Part shown: piece by piece, positions 1-13,087 of the stretch
Position numbering within the stretch: position 1 is the stretch's first letter
Layout: each line of letters opens with the position of its first letter
Origin: Jimgerdemannia flammicorona
Taxonomy: Eukaryota
DNA: 37,609 bases
Assembly: GCA_003990765.1 (NCBI GenBank)
Contig: RBNJ01000187.1
Span: 1-37,609 of the forward strand
Direction of reading: 5' to 3'
The notes under the pieces: generated by a model
Database searches by the model: none
The model's input: the letters and a program-made list of their open reading frames with translations, nothing else
What the model was told of the DNA's origin: nothing
Program-made: the position numbers and the translations under genes

Positions 1-2
1 GC

Positions 3-2207
3 ATCTTTCAGTGCTTGGAAGGCGGTATCTTGTTCGGGTCCCCAATTTACAAGATTGTTGAAGTCTTTCTCTTGTTTCATGGTCCAGGGTTGTTCTTGTT
101 TCTTGCTGTGCTTGGTCATTTGGGTGAGGGCGGTAGCAATTTTAGCAAAGTTGGCAACAAATCGCCTATAATAGTTTGCTAATCCCAGGAATGACTGGAG
201 GTCCTTCAGCTTCTTCGGTCTGGGCCAATCTTTGATTGCAGAGATTTTGCTGGGGTCCACTTTGATTCCATTTGGAGTGACAATGTGTCCAAGGAATTGA
301 ATTTCTTTCAGAAGAAATTCACACTTGCTGAGTTTTGCAAAGAGTCTGTTTTCTCGGAGTTTCAGTAATACTAGTTCAAGGTGTTCAAGATGTTCTTTCA
401 GGGTTTTGCTGAAGACTAGGATGTCATCAATGTAGACAATAACAAATTTGTCTAGGTATGGATGCAGAATGGTATTCATCAGTGTCTGGAAGGTTGCCGG
501 AGCATTAGTTAAGCCAAAGGGCATAACCAGGAACTCGAAGTGTCTATAGCGAGTTCGGAAAGCTGTCTTGTAGATGTCTTCTTCTTTCATGGCAATTTGC
601 CAGTAGCTATTTCGCAGGTCAAAAGAGCTCATGAATTGTGGGTTGGTGAGTCTATCGAATATTTCATCAATCCTCGGTAGTGGGCAACAGTTCTTGATGG
701 TCTGCTCATTGAGATCACGGTAGTCAATACACATTCGCAGGTCTCCTCCTTTCTTGACAACAAAGAGGACTGGTGCACCATAGGGTGATACGCTGGGTCT
801 GATGAATCCTTGTTCTAGGAGTTCATCGATTTCCTTCTTAAGTGCATCAATTTCTCTCAGAGACATGTGGTAGATTGACTTGAAGGCTGGTTTGGCATCT
901 GGAATAGTTTTGATTGCATGGTCTACTGCTTGTTTGGGAGGTAGGCCTTTTGGGAGCTTCTTTGGGAATATATCTTGGAATTTCTGGAGTAGTGGTCTGA
1001 CACGGCTGTCAACTTTAGAAAAATCTTCTTCAGAGTTCTTGGGTTCTCCTCTGGATGGTCGGATGGAGATGGCGAAGAGAGGGCATTTCTTGGCCAATTT
1101 CTTGAGTTGTAGCTTGTTGATGTGGGTGATCTTCGGTCCAGGGTCACTAGAGTTGAGTGGGTCTTTTTCGCCTTGCAGTTTGAAGTTGTGACATCCTTTC
1201 TTGATGGTCAGAGAATGGTTTACCCAATCGATCATAGGGTTCTCTTGCTTTAACCATGGAGTCCCAAGGATGATTTCATTGTCGGGAAGTGGTACGATTT
1301 GAAGGGTAACATGTACTCGGTAGTCACCAATTCGGAAGGGTAGATTGCGGACTTCTTTGCTAATAACATGTGAGGTTCCATCAGCTGTAGCAACTGCTTG
1401 AGTTTGCTGTACTGGGGAGGTGAAGACCTTGAGTCTGTTGGCTGTTTCCTTATTGATGAAGTTGCCTGAGGCACCACTGTCTATCATAATCTTGACAGAT
1501 GCTCCATTGACAAAAGCCTTAAGGGTGAGCAGTTTGTCTGATCCAATGGTGGTAATTTCAGTTGTAGGAGCCTTTCTTCTGTTGGTTCTTCTTTGAGCCA
1601 GTTCATTGACACAAGAGAAGCAATCATCAATCATTCGGGAAGAGTATATTCCAATGCTATGAGGGCATCGGCCACTTGGTACATATCCATCTTCTATCTT
1701 CTTGTAGAATTGTTCTTCTTTGCTCCTGGTAGGTTGGGCTGTGGCCTTGTTTGATGAGCCAAATCCTTTGGATCCTCGGATGGTGAGCAGTAGTTCAGGG
1801 ACTTCCTTGACTGTCAGGGTTGACTCGATTTTTTCAAATAGGATCTGGGTGATGCAGAAGCCAATAGGGATCTTGAAGGGTGTCCAACTGTGGTTTTGAA
1901 TGAGGACAATGATTTCGCCTGTGTAATCTTTGTCAATGACTCCTCCTTCTACTGAGAGTCCTTTCAGTGCTAGGCTGCTGTGACAGCATATTCTTCCAAC
2001 ATGTCCTTTAGAGATTTGGATACTGATTCCTGTATAGACTTGTTTGACTTCTTGGTTGGAAACTGTAGCTTCTTCAGCTGCATATAGGTCATATCCAGCT
2101 GCTTTTTGACTTCCTTTGGTTGGGGCCTTAGCAGTTTGTCTTAACTTGACAAAGTCTAGTGTTCTGGTTGTCAGATTATTGAGGTGGTGCAGAGTTGTAA
2201 CAGTTGC
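3..2207 (-). CDS. pol: Stop-free dUTPase-protease-reverse transcriptase segment of copy A polyprotein (partial, ~735 codons)
   Basis: Manual translation shows no stop from 2207 to the window edge (absent from ORF track because it has no stop); [55 protein letters not shown]. Confidence 0.92.
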
Positions 2208-4186
2208 TCATATTGCTGTTTAGGGTTTTCGGTTAGGGCAGGCACTGGCCATATGTCCTGTCTTTTGGCAATAGAAACATGCTCCACTTCTTCGAAGTTC
2301 ATTCCTTTCGCCTTCAGTAAGTTTCTTGAAGGTACTGGGCAGAGTGGGTTCAGGATTTCTGGGTGTCCAAGAGGTGGATGTGGAGGGAGCTCAGGATGCT
2401 TCATGCTTGGGTTCTTCTTTCTTGGTCCAAGTCCTTTTCTTGTTGTTAAATTGTCTTCGGGGCAGAATTGGTCCAGCTGTTAGGATTCACTTGACCATGG
2501 TCTTGATTCTTACCAGACACCATTGTTGGTGGTCACAACCAACTGGGCAGCCTTGTTCTCAGATTTTTCTAGTAAGCCATTCAGGCAGGGCATCAAATAA
2601 ATGGTCTGCTCTTGTACTATTTCATGCTTCATCATTGGCAATGTATTCTAGGCCAACAGTGTTCAGGAGTAACTCGAGTTTTGTACAGAAGGTTTCAAAT
2701 TCTTCTTTGCCATGTACATCAAATTTGAGGTTGCAGAGTTTTACTCGAGATTTGGCAATCATGGTCTCGCTGCGATATTGAGCAATCATGAGTTGTTTGA
2801 GTCCAGGGGCTGCAGGATGAGCTCCATATCCTGGGGCATTGTTTGCTGCATTCTGAGCAACTACTGCAGGTCGGGTATCCTATGTGAGGGGTTTTTCAGG
2901 AAGGGTTTGCCACCATTCTTCGGCAGGTCCTCGGAAGAATGTAACAACTCGGTGAACATAGGCTGTAGTTGTAGTAAAGAGTTGTTCCAGGGTGTGGTCT
3001 TGATTGTTTGTCAGAATGCGGTCAGCAACTCACTCATTAGTCTATTGATTGGCTTCAAAGTTGGTGTCAACTATACTAATGAAGCTTTGGACTTCTTGTG
3101 CAGTACCATTGAAGGTAGGTAGGCTCAGATTTTTGGTAGGTCAGGTCTGTTCAGCTAAGGCAGTAATGGTTGCTGCCATTATAGCTACTTGGGCTGTGAG
3201 GTCTAGAATCTGTTGGTTTGCTATGTTGTTTACTGGAGGTGGCTGGACTGCTGGTAGTGGTGTTACTGGTACTACTTGAGGTACTGGTGCAGAGTGTGAT
3301 GGGGTTCTTTGGGTCTGTGTAAGCTGCTGGAGTAGTAGTTGTGGATCTGGAGTGAGAGCTTGATAGATAACTGTTTGTTGCTGTGTAGGTGTATTCTGTC
3401 CTGATGGAGGTACTTCTCCTTTGGTGGTATATCTGGGATCGAATTTACTGAGATACTCCTCCTCTTCTTCAGTTTGGTCCCTGTGTAATTGGGTTTACTC
3501 GGCATCAAAGTAGACAGAATCAGTTATATATCTGATTTCAGATGGACTTAATTCAAAGTCAAGTTCAGGTTCAGTATTGGTTTCAGATTTGGGTAGGGCT
3601 GTGGCAGGGCCTGCTTCAGATTCAGAGTTAGGTAGTTGATGAAGGATTTCTCTTGCTTCTTCTTTAAGGATATGGCAGGCCTTGCTGTTCTGGAATCGGT
3701 AGTATAAGGCAGTCTTGGTCCTGGTGCAGTGAAAGTCAGTAGAGTTGAGCTACTTGGCTATAGAGGCTTGGGCTTCATGAGGAACTACAGCTAGAAAGAC
3801 TGCTGCTGGTTGTCCTAGGTTGCTCGGATTTGTGGAGCTGACAAAACTCTTGTTGAGAAGAGTAAAGAAGGCTTCAATAAGACCTTTTTCGTCTTGACTT
3901 GCTGGGTGTAGTGCAAGGAGTTCAGTGAATAGGGTTTCACCTATTTGCTGGTTTAACTGGAGTACTTCTTTCTTAGAATGAAGTTTGTCCCACTTGTTAC
4001 AGGTGTAGAGGTCAAATTGTCCTTGTACATCAGGTTCAATTCTCTCCAGATTGTCAGATGGTTCAGGATAAATTCCAGTTCAGAGGTTGGGCTTTATACC
4101 AACTTGTAGGAATTTGCAGAGGGGTTTGTAGCAGGGTGAGGAAGCGTCTTGAAGCAGAATTGGATTGTAAACCACTACTACCAAGT
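2208..4186 (-). pseudogene. gag: gag region plus N-terminal extension of copy A, several premature stops
   Basis: Same frame as pol; LPTFNGTAQEVQSF gag-like motif, CFYCQKTGHMASAC zinc knuckle; stops arise from CGA>TGA, CAA>TAA, TGG>TAG relative to sister copies. Confidence 0.85.
4171..4183 (-). promoter_or_regulatory. Primer-binding site of copy A
   Basis: TGGTAGTAGTGGT 3 nt downstream of LTR end (ACT spacer); mutated version of TGGTAGCAGCGGT in copy B. Confidence 0.8.
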
Positions 4187-6216
4187 TGTAAGAGGGTTAC
4201 TTTTTAAGGTAACCATTATGTAGTTCTGGAAGGGTTTTCTGGATATTCTGGATGTTCTGGAAGATCGTTTTCTTATAGTCAAGATCAATTTCGTATGGAG
4301 TATGTCCTCTACGCTTATTGATTTCAAGATCGGGTTGACGTCTCAACCAAAGTCCCATTTTGGACTAGTTCTGGATGTTCAGGATTTTCTGTATTTCAGG
4401 AAGTTCAAGAAACTAAGGCCAGCTTAGTTGAATTGGTGTATCACTGCAGACAATACCCAATTAGGTAATTTCATAACAGGGTTAGGAGTGGGACCTAACA
4501 GGGAGTGGATTTACTTAAGAATGGTTTGTGGGTTATAGAATAGGTTTATTTGCTATTCATGCTATTGCTATACTAGGAGTAGTTGTGTGAAGGGATATTG
4601 TGGAGAAGTATTCAAGAATGTTCTTGTGTGTTCGAGTCTAAGATTCTGAGGTCTGGGGGAGGGGGTATTTATACTAGTGAGGGGCTATCTGGACTATGCT
4701 AGATATGGATGTAGCACTAAGTGCCTTGCTGAGTCAGAATGCAGTGACATAGTATAAGTGTGATCTGACATATCAAGAGATCATCTGACTGCTGAGTCAG
4801 TTCACAGTCACATCGTACAAAGCTAATCTAACTATACTATGACTGCTAGGCTATTTATAGGTTTAGGCGCTGTCTGGGTAGTCTTTGATGACATCACCAT
4901 CAATGACATCATCTCTGATAAAGTAGTCATCTAGGAAGAGTGGTTCGCAGATTACTTCTCCTTGTTTGCTGAGGTAGTAATACATTGGGACTTCGTCTCC
5001 ATCCCACAGGATAGCATCATCTGTCTCGTAGGCTGGATAAGGTGTTGGTGGGCAAAGGATGGGTGTATTGTCTTCGCTTTCATCAGATTCACTGTCTGCA
5101 TACCTTCTATAGGTTACAGTACTATGAGTTGCAGGATTGTAGTAAGCTGGTGGCTGTGGTTCATGTTGCTCATACTCAGATGGTGGAGTGGTTGATTCAA
5201 TCTCGAGGGTTGTCTGGAGGTACAGGTTGTGTTCTCCAGTCTCCTCATTGTAGTTGAAGTAGTCGGAGGTGAACGCGGGTTGGTATTCGTGCCAGTGGTC
5301 ATTGTCCCAATAAGTCTCATATGCAGTTATGAACTGTTGCAAGTTCATCGGCAAGTTTGGTGGTGTGATCAGGGTTGGCAGAGATCCTTGGCTAGAGGTC
5401 ATGTTGGTGTCAGAGGGATCATTGTCTTCTGCTTCATCTTCATCGAAGTGGATTATATCGTAGATGTCCTTTATGGTGTATCCGACTTGAGGCATTTGCA
5501 GGATATGGTCATCAGGGTGTGGAAAGCTTCTGTCTGTGGTCTGGACGTATTCGAGGTACTTGTGGTTGAGTTCTTGTATCATGTCGTCGATTTGGCCATA
5601 GGACAGGGTAGCAACCATTTCGCTGATAGTGACTCAGAGGTGAGGAATAAAGGTATTGTACTTATAGAAGAGTTCTCGATGTTTGCGGGCAATGAGCTTC
5701 TGGTGTTGAGACATCTGGGTAATGTCTATATCATGGTGGTGTTCGACCATATCTTCCAAGAGGCAGCCGATCTGGTAGTAGCTTGAGATTTGTCTGATTC
5801 GGTGGGCCTTGCTAAGTATGTTCAGAGCATTCCATTGGGCTTCCATGAAGTAGAGGGGTGCCAGGCTATGGATATTCATGAGGGGTAGAGGGGGTGTGGC
5901 TCAGTTGACAATGGCATTCCAAATGTCAGCACGGATATGGTTGTAGATCTCAGTGGTCATGTTTGTGTATTTGGAAGTTGTGGTTATTGTTTGTTTTGGT
6001 TTTCTGATTCGATATGTCTCAGTGCTCGGTATATATGCATTTAGTCCTGATTGGTAAGATTCTGTTTGTATAAATCTTGTATTCCATGACTTCATATTGA
6101 CTCAGCTTTGTGCACTGTGACTTTGGTTTGACTCAGCTTCATGATTAAGTAGGTAATTTCCAGATTTGTTCAGAGGTCGCGTGTAATTTTGGTGGCTTAG
6201 AGGTTGTGCGCTTACA
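4187..6216 (-). repeat. 5' LTR of copy A (2030 bp)
   Basis: TG...CA ends with 6-bp inverted termini TGTAAG/CTTACA; homologous to 11027-13087, 25659-27734, 34252-36327. Confidence 0.96.
4863..5960 (-). pseudogene. U3-encoded accessory ORF of copy A (365 aa consensus, unknown function), two premature TGA
   Basis: ORF-track fragments 5901-6095, 5634-5879 and 4863-5618 share one frame; both stops are CGA>TGA by comparison with other LTRs; 1098 nt from MTTEIYN to DYPDSA*. Confidence 0.85.
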
Positions 6217-9200
6217 CCTTCGGAGGTCTTGGTTGTTTGGGACATACAATCTGTCTTTGTAGTAGATAGCATTGTCCTTCAGTTGGTATTGATTGTACCA
6301 GGTATGCTTGGTAGTATCATTATTGTTCAGGATTTCTCAGAGTACTTGAGCTTCTTTATCATCAACACATGCTGCAATGATTTGTTCCATGATAGTATTG
6401 GTAACCAAGGTCAGAGTTTGGATAACCTCTTCGATTGGTGGTCTGGAGATTGCATTGGCAACAATATTTTCCTTGCCAGGGTGGTACTGGATTTCATAGT
6501 TAAAGTTGGTGAGGACTTTCATCCATCTGGCTTGCTTTCGGGAAAGGGTAGCCTGTGTCTTGATATTGACTAATGACTTATGGTTAGTCAATACAGTGAA
6601 GTGTGCTCCTTCTAGATATGGTCACTATTTGATCAGAGTGTCTACGATGGCTAGCATTTCCTTCTTGTGAGTTGCATAGTTGATTTCAGCATCATTGAAC
6701 TTGTGGGAGTGATAGGCCACAGAGTGTCCTTCTTGCATGAGCACTGCTCCAAGAGCTAGGTCAGAGGCATCAGTAGTGACTTCATATAATAGGGCAGGGT
6801 TTGCTGCTTGAAGTACTGGTGTGGTTATCAGGACATCTTTCAGTGCTTGAAAGGTGGTATCTTACTCATGTCCCCAATTTACAAGATTTTTGAAGTCTTT
6901 CTCTTGTTTCATGGTCCAGGGTTGTTCTTGTTTCTTGCTGTGCTTGGTCATTTGGGTGAGGGCAGTAGCGATTTTAGCAAAGTTGGCAACAAATCGCCTG
7001 TAATAGTTTGCTAATCCTAGGAATGACTGGAGGTCTTTCAGCTTCTTGGGTCTGGGCCAATCCTTGATTGCAGAGATTTTGCTGGGGTCCACTTTGATTC
7101 TATTTGGAGTAACAATGTGTCCAAGGAATTGAATTTCTTTCAGGAGAAATTCATACTTGCTGAGTTTTGCAAAGAGTCGGTTTTCTCGGAGTTTCAGTAG
7201 TACTAGTTCAAGGTGTTCAAGATGTTCCTCCAAGGTTTTGCTGAAGACTAGGATGTCGTCAATATAGACAATAACAAATTTGTCCAGGTATGGATGCAGA
7301 ATGGTATTCATCAGTATCTGGAAGGTTGCTGGGGCATTAGTTAAGCCAAAGGGTATAACCAGGAACTCAAAGTGTCCATAGCGAGTTCAGAAAGCTGTCT
7401 TGTAGATGTCTTCTTCTTTCATGGCAATTTGCCAGTAACCATTTCATAGGTCAAAAGAGCTCATAAATTGTAGGTTGGTGAGCCTATCGAATATTTCATC
7501 AATCCTCGGTAGTGGGCAACAGTTCTTGATGGTCTGTTCATTGAGATCGCAGTAGTCAATACACATTCGCAGGTCTCCTCTTTTCTTGACAACGAAGAGG
7601 ACTGGTATACCATAGGGTGATACACTGGGTCTGATAAATTCTTGTTCTCAGAGTACGTCAATTTCCTTCTTGAGTGCATCAATTTCTCTCGGAGATATGT
7701 AGTAGATTGACTTGAAGGCTGGTTTGGCATCTGGGATAGTCTTGATTGTATGGTCTACTGCTCATTTGGGAGGTAGGCCTTTCAGGAGCTTCTTTGGGAA
7801 TATGTCTCGGAATTTCTAGAGTAGTGGTCTGACACAGCTGTTAACTTTGGAAAAATCTTCCTCAGAGTTCTCAGGTTCTCCTTTGGATGGTCAGATGGAG
7901 ATGGTGAATAGAGGGCATTTCTTGGCCAATTTCTTGAGTTGTAGCTTGTTGATGTAGGTGATCTTTGGTCCAGGGTCACTAGAGTTGAGTGAGTCCTTTT
8001 CGCCTTATAGTTTGAAGTTGTGGCATCCTTTCTTGATGGTCAGAGAATGGTTTACCCAATCAATCATGGGGTTCTCTTATTTTAACCATGGAGTCCCAAG
8101 GATGATTTCATTGTCAGGAAGTGGTACGATTTGGAGAGTAACATATACTTGGTAGTCACCAATTCGGAAGGGTAGATTGCAGACTTCTTTGCTAATAACA
8201 TGTGAGGTTTCATCAGCTGTAGCAACTGCTTGGGTTTGCTGTACTGGAGAGGTGAAGACCTTGAGTCTGTTGGCTGTCTCTTCATTGATGAAGTTGCCTG
8301 AGGCACTACTGTCTATCATAATCTTGACAGGTGCTCCATTGACAAAAGCCTTAAGGGTGAGCAGTTTGTCTGATCCAATGGTAGTGATTTCAGTTGTAGG
8401 AGCCTTTCTTCTGTTAGTTCTTCTTTGAGCCAGTTCATTGACATAAGAGAAGCAATCATCAATCATTCGGGAAGAGTATATTCCAATATCATGAGGGCAT
8501 CAGCCACTTGGTATGTATATATCCATCTTCGATCTTCTTGTAGAATTGTTCTTCTTTGCTCATAGTAGGTTGGGCTGGGGCTTTGTTTGATGAGCCAAAT
8601 CCTTTAGATCCTCAGATGGTGGGCAGTAGTTTAGGAACTTCCTTGACTGTCAGGGTTGACTCAATTTTTTCGAATAGGATCTGGGCAATGCAGAAACCAA
8701 TAGAGATCTTGAAGGGTGTCCAACTGTGGTTTCAGATGAGGACAATAATTTCACCTGTGTAATCCTTGTCAATGACTCCTCTTTCTACTGAGAGTCCTTT
8801 CAATGCTAGGCTGCTGCAACAGCATATTCTTCCAACATATCCTTCAGGAATTTGGATACTAATTCCTGTATAGACTTGTTTGACTTCTTGGTTGGAAACT
8901 GTAGCTTCTTCGGCTGCATACAGGTCATATCCAGCTACTTTTTGACTTCCTTTGATTGGGGCCTTAGCAGTTTGTCTTAACTTGACAAAGTCTAGTGTTC
9001 TGGTGGTCAGGTTGTTGAGGTGGTGCAGAGTGGTAACAGTTGCTTGTATTGCTGTTCGGAGTTTTCGGTTAGGGCAGGCACTGGCCATGTATCCTGTCTT
9101 TCGGCAATAGAAGCATGCTCCACTTCTTCAAAGTTCATTCCTTTCACCTTCAGTAAGTTTCTTGAAGGTACTAGGCTGGGTGGGTTCAGGATTTCTGGGT

Positions 9201-11026
9201 GTCCAAGAGGTGAATGTGGAGGGAGCTTGGGATGCTTCATGCTTGGGTTCTTCTTTCTTGGTCCAAGTCCTTTCCTTATTGTTAAATTGTCTTCGGGGCA
9301 GAATTGGTCCAGCTGTTAGGATTTGCTTTACCATGGTCTTGATTCTTGCCAGGCACCATTATTAGTGATCACAACCAACTGGGCGGCCTTGCTCTCGGAT
9401 TTTTCTAGTAAGCCATTCAGGCAGAGTATCAAATAAATGGTCTACTCTTGTACCATTTTATGCTTCATCATTGGCAATGTATCCTAGGCCAATAGTGTTC
9501 AGGAGTGACTTGAGTTTTATACAGAAAGTTTTGAATTCTTCTTTACCATATATGTATATCAAATTTGAGGTTGCACAGTTTTACTTGAGATTCAGCAATC
9601 ATGGTTTTGCTGCAGTATTGAGCAATCATGAGTTGTTTGAGTCCAGGGGCTGCAGGATGGGCTCCATATCCTGGGGCATTGTTTGCTGCATTCTGGGCAA
9701 CTACTGCAGGTCGGGTATCCCATGTGAGGGGTTTTTCAGAAAGGGTTTGCCACCATTCTTCAGCAGGTCCTTGGAAGAATGTAACAACTCAGCAGACATA
9801 GGCTGTAGTGGTAGCAAAGAGTTGTTCCAGGGTGTGGTCTTGATTGTTTGTCAGAACACGGTCAGCAACTCGCTCATTAGTCCATTGATTGGCTTCAAAG
9901 TTGGTATCAACTACACTAATGAAGCTTTGGACTTCTTGTGCAGTACTATTGAAGGTAGGTAGGCTCAGATTTTTGGTAGGTCGGGTCTGTTCAGCTAAGG
10001 CAGTAATGGTTGCTGCCATTATGGCTACCTGGGCTGTGAGGTCTTGAATTTGTTGGTTTGCCATGTTATTTACTGGAGGCGCTTGGACTACTGGTAGTGG
10101 TGTTACTGGTACTACTTGAGATACTGGTGCAGAGTGTGATGGGGTTCTTTGGGTCTGTGTAAGTTGTTGGAGTAGTAGTTGTGGATCTGGAGTGAGGGCT
10201 TAATAGATAACTGTTTGTTGCTGTGTAGGTGTATTCTGTTCTGATGGAGGTACTTCTCCTTTGGTGGTATATCTGAGATCGAATTCACTAAGATACTCCT
10301 CCTCTTCTTCAGTTTGGTCCCTATATAATTGGGTTTGCTTAGCGTCAAAGTAGACAGAATCAGTTGTATATCTGATTTCAGACAGACTTAATTCAAAGTC
10401 AAGTTCAGGTTCAGTATTGGTTTCAGATTCAGGTAGGGCTGTAGCAGGGCCTGCTTCAGGTTCGGGGTCAGGTAGTTGATGCAGGGTTTCTCTTGCTTCT
10501 TCTTTAAGAATATAGCAGGCCTTGCTGTTCTGGAATCAGTAGTATAATGCAGTCTTGGTCCTGGTATGGTGAAAGTCAGTAGAGTTGAGCCACTTGGCTA
10601 CAGAGGCTTGGGCTTCATGAGGAACTAAGGCTAGAAAGACTGCTGCTGGTTGTCCTAGGTCACTCAGATTTGTGGAGCTAACAAAACTCTTGTTGAGAAG
10701 AGTAAAGAAGGCTTCAATAAGACCTTCTTTGTCTTGACTTACTGGGTGTAGTGCAAGGAGTTTGGTGAATAGGATTTCACCTATTTGCTGGTTTAACTGG
10801 AGTACTTCTTTCTTTGAATAAAGTTTATCCCACTTGTTGCAGGTGTGGAGGTCAAATTGTCCTTGTACATTAGGTTCAATTCTCTCCAGATTGTCAGATG
10901 GTTCAGGATAAATTCCAGTTCAGAGGTTGGGCTTTATACCAACTTGTAGGAATTCTCAGAAGGGTTTGTAGCAGGGTAAGGAAGCATCTTGAAGCAGAAT
11001 TGGATTGTAAACCGCTGCTACCAAGT
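6217..11026 (-). pseudogene. gag-pol: Degenerate gag-dUTPase-PR-RT-RNaseH polyprotein of copy B
   Basis: ORF fragments MANQQ..., MASACPN...AGYDLY, IDSSASGNF, YIDD, TTDASDLALGAVL, YHPGKENIVANAISR; many stops and small TA-slippage frameshifts (~8515, ~9548). Confidence 0.92.
11011..11023 (-). promoter_or_regulatory. Primer-binding site of copy B (tRNA-iMet-like)
   Basis: TGGTAGCAGCGGT; TGGTAGC is complementary to the ...GCUACCA 3' end typical of eukaryotic initiator tRNA-Met. Confidence 0.8.
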
Positions 11027-13087
11027 TGTAAGAGGGTTGCTTTTTATGGTAACTATTATGTAGTTCTGGAAGGGTTTTCTGGAAGTTCTGAATATTCTGG
11101 AAGACTGTTTTCTTATGGTCAAGATCAATTTCATATGGAGTACATCCTCTATGCTTATTGATTTCAAGATCGGGTTGATGTCTCAACCAAAGTCCTTTTT
11201 CAGACTAGTTCTGGATGTTCAGGATTTTCCATATTTCAGAAAGTTTAAGAAACTAAGACCAGCTTAGTTGAATTAGCGTATCACTGCAGACAATACCCAA
11301 TTAGGAAATTTCATGATGGGGTTAGGAGTAGGACCTAACAGGGAGTGGATTTACTTAAGAGTGGTTTGAGAGTTATTAAATAGGTTTAATTGTTATTCAT
11401 GATATTGCTATACTAAGAGTAGTTGTGTAAAGGGATATTGTGGGGAAGTATTCAGGAATGTTCTTGTGTGTTCAAGTCTGAGATTCTGAGGTCTGGGGGA
11501 GGGAGTATTTATACTAGTAAGGGGCTATCTGGACTATACTAGATATGGATATAGCACTAAGTGCCTTGCTGAGTCAGAATGCAGTCATGTAGTACAAGTG
11601 TGATCTGACATGTCAAGAGATCGTCTAACTGCTGAGTCAGTTCACAGTTACATCATACAAGACTAATCTAACTATGCTATGACTGCTAGGCAATTTATAG
11701 GTTTAGGCGCTGTCTGGGTAGTCCTTGATGACATCACCATCAATTGCATCATCTCTGATGAAGTAGTCGTCTAGGAAGAGTGGTTTGCGAATTACTTCTC
11801 CTTGTTCGCTAAGGTAATAGTACATTGGAACTTCATCTCCATCCCACAGGATAGCATCGTCTGTCTCGTATGCTGGATAAGGTGTTGGTGGGCGAAGGAT
11901 GGGTGTATTGTCTTCACTTTCATCGAATTCACTATCTGGTATCTTCTATAAGTTACAGCACTATGAGTTGCAGGATTGTAGTAAGCTGGCGGCTGTGGTT
12001 CATGTCGCTCATACTCAGGTAGTAGAGTGGTTGGTTCAATCTCAAGAGTTGTCTGGAGGTACAGGTTGTGTTCTCTGGTCTCTTCTTTATAGTTGAAGTA
12101 ATCGGGGATAAATGTAGATTAGTATTCGTACCAGTGGTCATTGTCCCAATAAGTCTCGTATGCAGTTATGAACTGTTGTAAGTTCATCGGCAAGGTTGGC
12201 AGAGTGATCAGGGTTGGCAGAGATCCTTGGCTAGAGGTCATGTTGGCATCAGAGGGATTATTGTCTTCTGCTTCATCTTCATCGAAGTGGATTATATCGT
12301 AGATGTCCTTTATGGCATATCCAACTTGGGGCATTTGCAGGATATGATCATTGGGGTGTGGGAAGGTTCTGTCTGTGGTTTCGATGTACTCGAGGTACTT
12401 CTGGTTGAGTTCTTATATCATATCATTGATTTGGCCATAGGACAGAGTAGCAACCATTTCGCTGGTAGTAACTCGGAGGTAGAGAATAAAGGTACTATAC
12501 TCGTAGAAGAGTTCTCGATGTTTGTGGGTGATGAGCTTCTAGTGTTGAGACATCTGGGTAATGTCTGTATCATGGTGGTGTTTGACCATATCTTCCAGGA
12601 GGCAGCCGATCTGGTAGTAGCTTGAGATTTGTCTGATTCGGTAGGCCTTGCTAAGTATGTTCAGAGCATTTCATTGGGCTTCCACAAAGTAGAGGGGTGC
12701 CAGGCTATGGATATTCATGAGGGGCAGAGGGGGTGTGGCTCAGTTGACAATGGCATTCCAAATGTCAGCACGGATACAGTTGTAGATTTCAGTGGTCATG
12801 TTTGTATGTTTGGAAGTTGTGGTTGTTGTTTGTTTTGGTTCTCTGATTTAATGCGTCTCAGTGCTCGGTATATATGCATTTGGTCCTGATTGGTAAGATT
12901 TTGTTTGTGTAAATCTTATATTCCGTGACTTCATATTGACTCAGCTTTGTGCACTGTGACTTCAGTTTGACTCAGCTTCATGATCAAGCAGGTGATTTCC
13001 AGATTTGTTCGGAGGTCGCGTGTGATTTCAGTGGCTTGTTCAGAGGGTGACGTATAATTTCAGTGGCTTGGAGGTTGTGTGCTTACA
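11027..13087 (-). repeat. 5' LTR of copy B (2061 bp)
   Basis: TGTAAG...CTTACA termini; homologous to other LTRs; followed by PBS. Confidence 0.96.
11703..12799 (-). pseudogene. U3-encoded accessory ORF of copy B (1-bp deletion ~11940 and stops)
   Basis: 1097 nt vs 1098 in A and C; fragment MPQVGYAIKDIYDIIHF at 12119-12334. Confidence 0.82.

Larger units (their letters stand above)
1..6216 (-). mobile_element. Ty3/Gypsy LTR retrotransposon copy A (5' LTR, gag, dUTPase, PR, RT; runs off left edge of window)
   Basis: LTR with TGTAAG...CTTACA termini at 4187-6216, PBS, CCHC knuckle, dUTPase, IDSGASGNF protease, RT motifs [13 protein letters not shown] and [10 protein letters not shown]; colinear with complete copy C. 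Confidence 0.97.
6217..13087 (-). mobile_element. Ty3/Gypsy LTR retrotransposon copy B, interrupted by copy A just before the integrase HHCC
   Basis: LTR 11027-13087, PBS, gag, dUTPase (8732-9088), PR (8077-8466), RT (6862-7311), RNase H; sequence at 6217 (CCTTCGGAGGTC) matches the YVPNNxDLRR region of copy C at ~32510-32535. Confidence 0.96.

Noticed and set aside
880..3279. Plus-strand ORFs over copy A (and equivalents over B, C and the LTR ORF, e.g. 5229-5786, 12227-12625)
   Set aside because: Antisense or off-frame shadows of the real frames; they recur only because the element is repeated, with variable ends and no motifs
5961..6095. Upstream ATG extending the U3 ORF by 45 aa in copy A
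   Set aside because: A 1-nt indel puts it out of frame in the C 3' LTR and it is ATA in the C 5' LTR; MTTEIYN is the shared start
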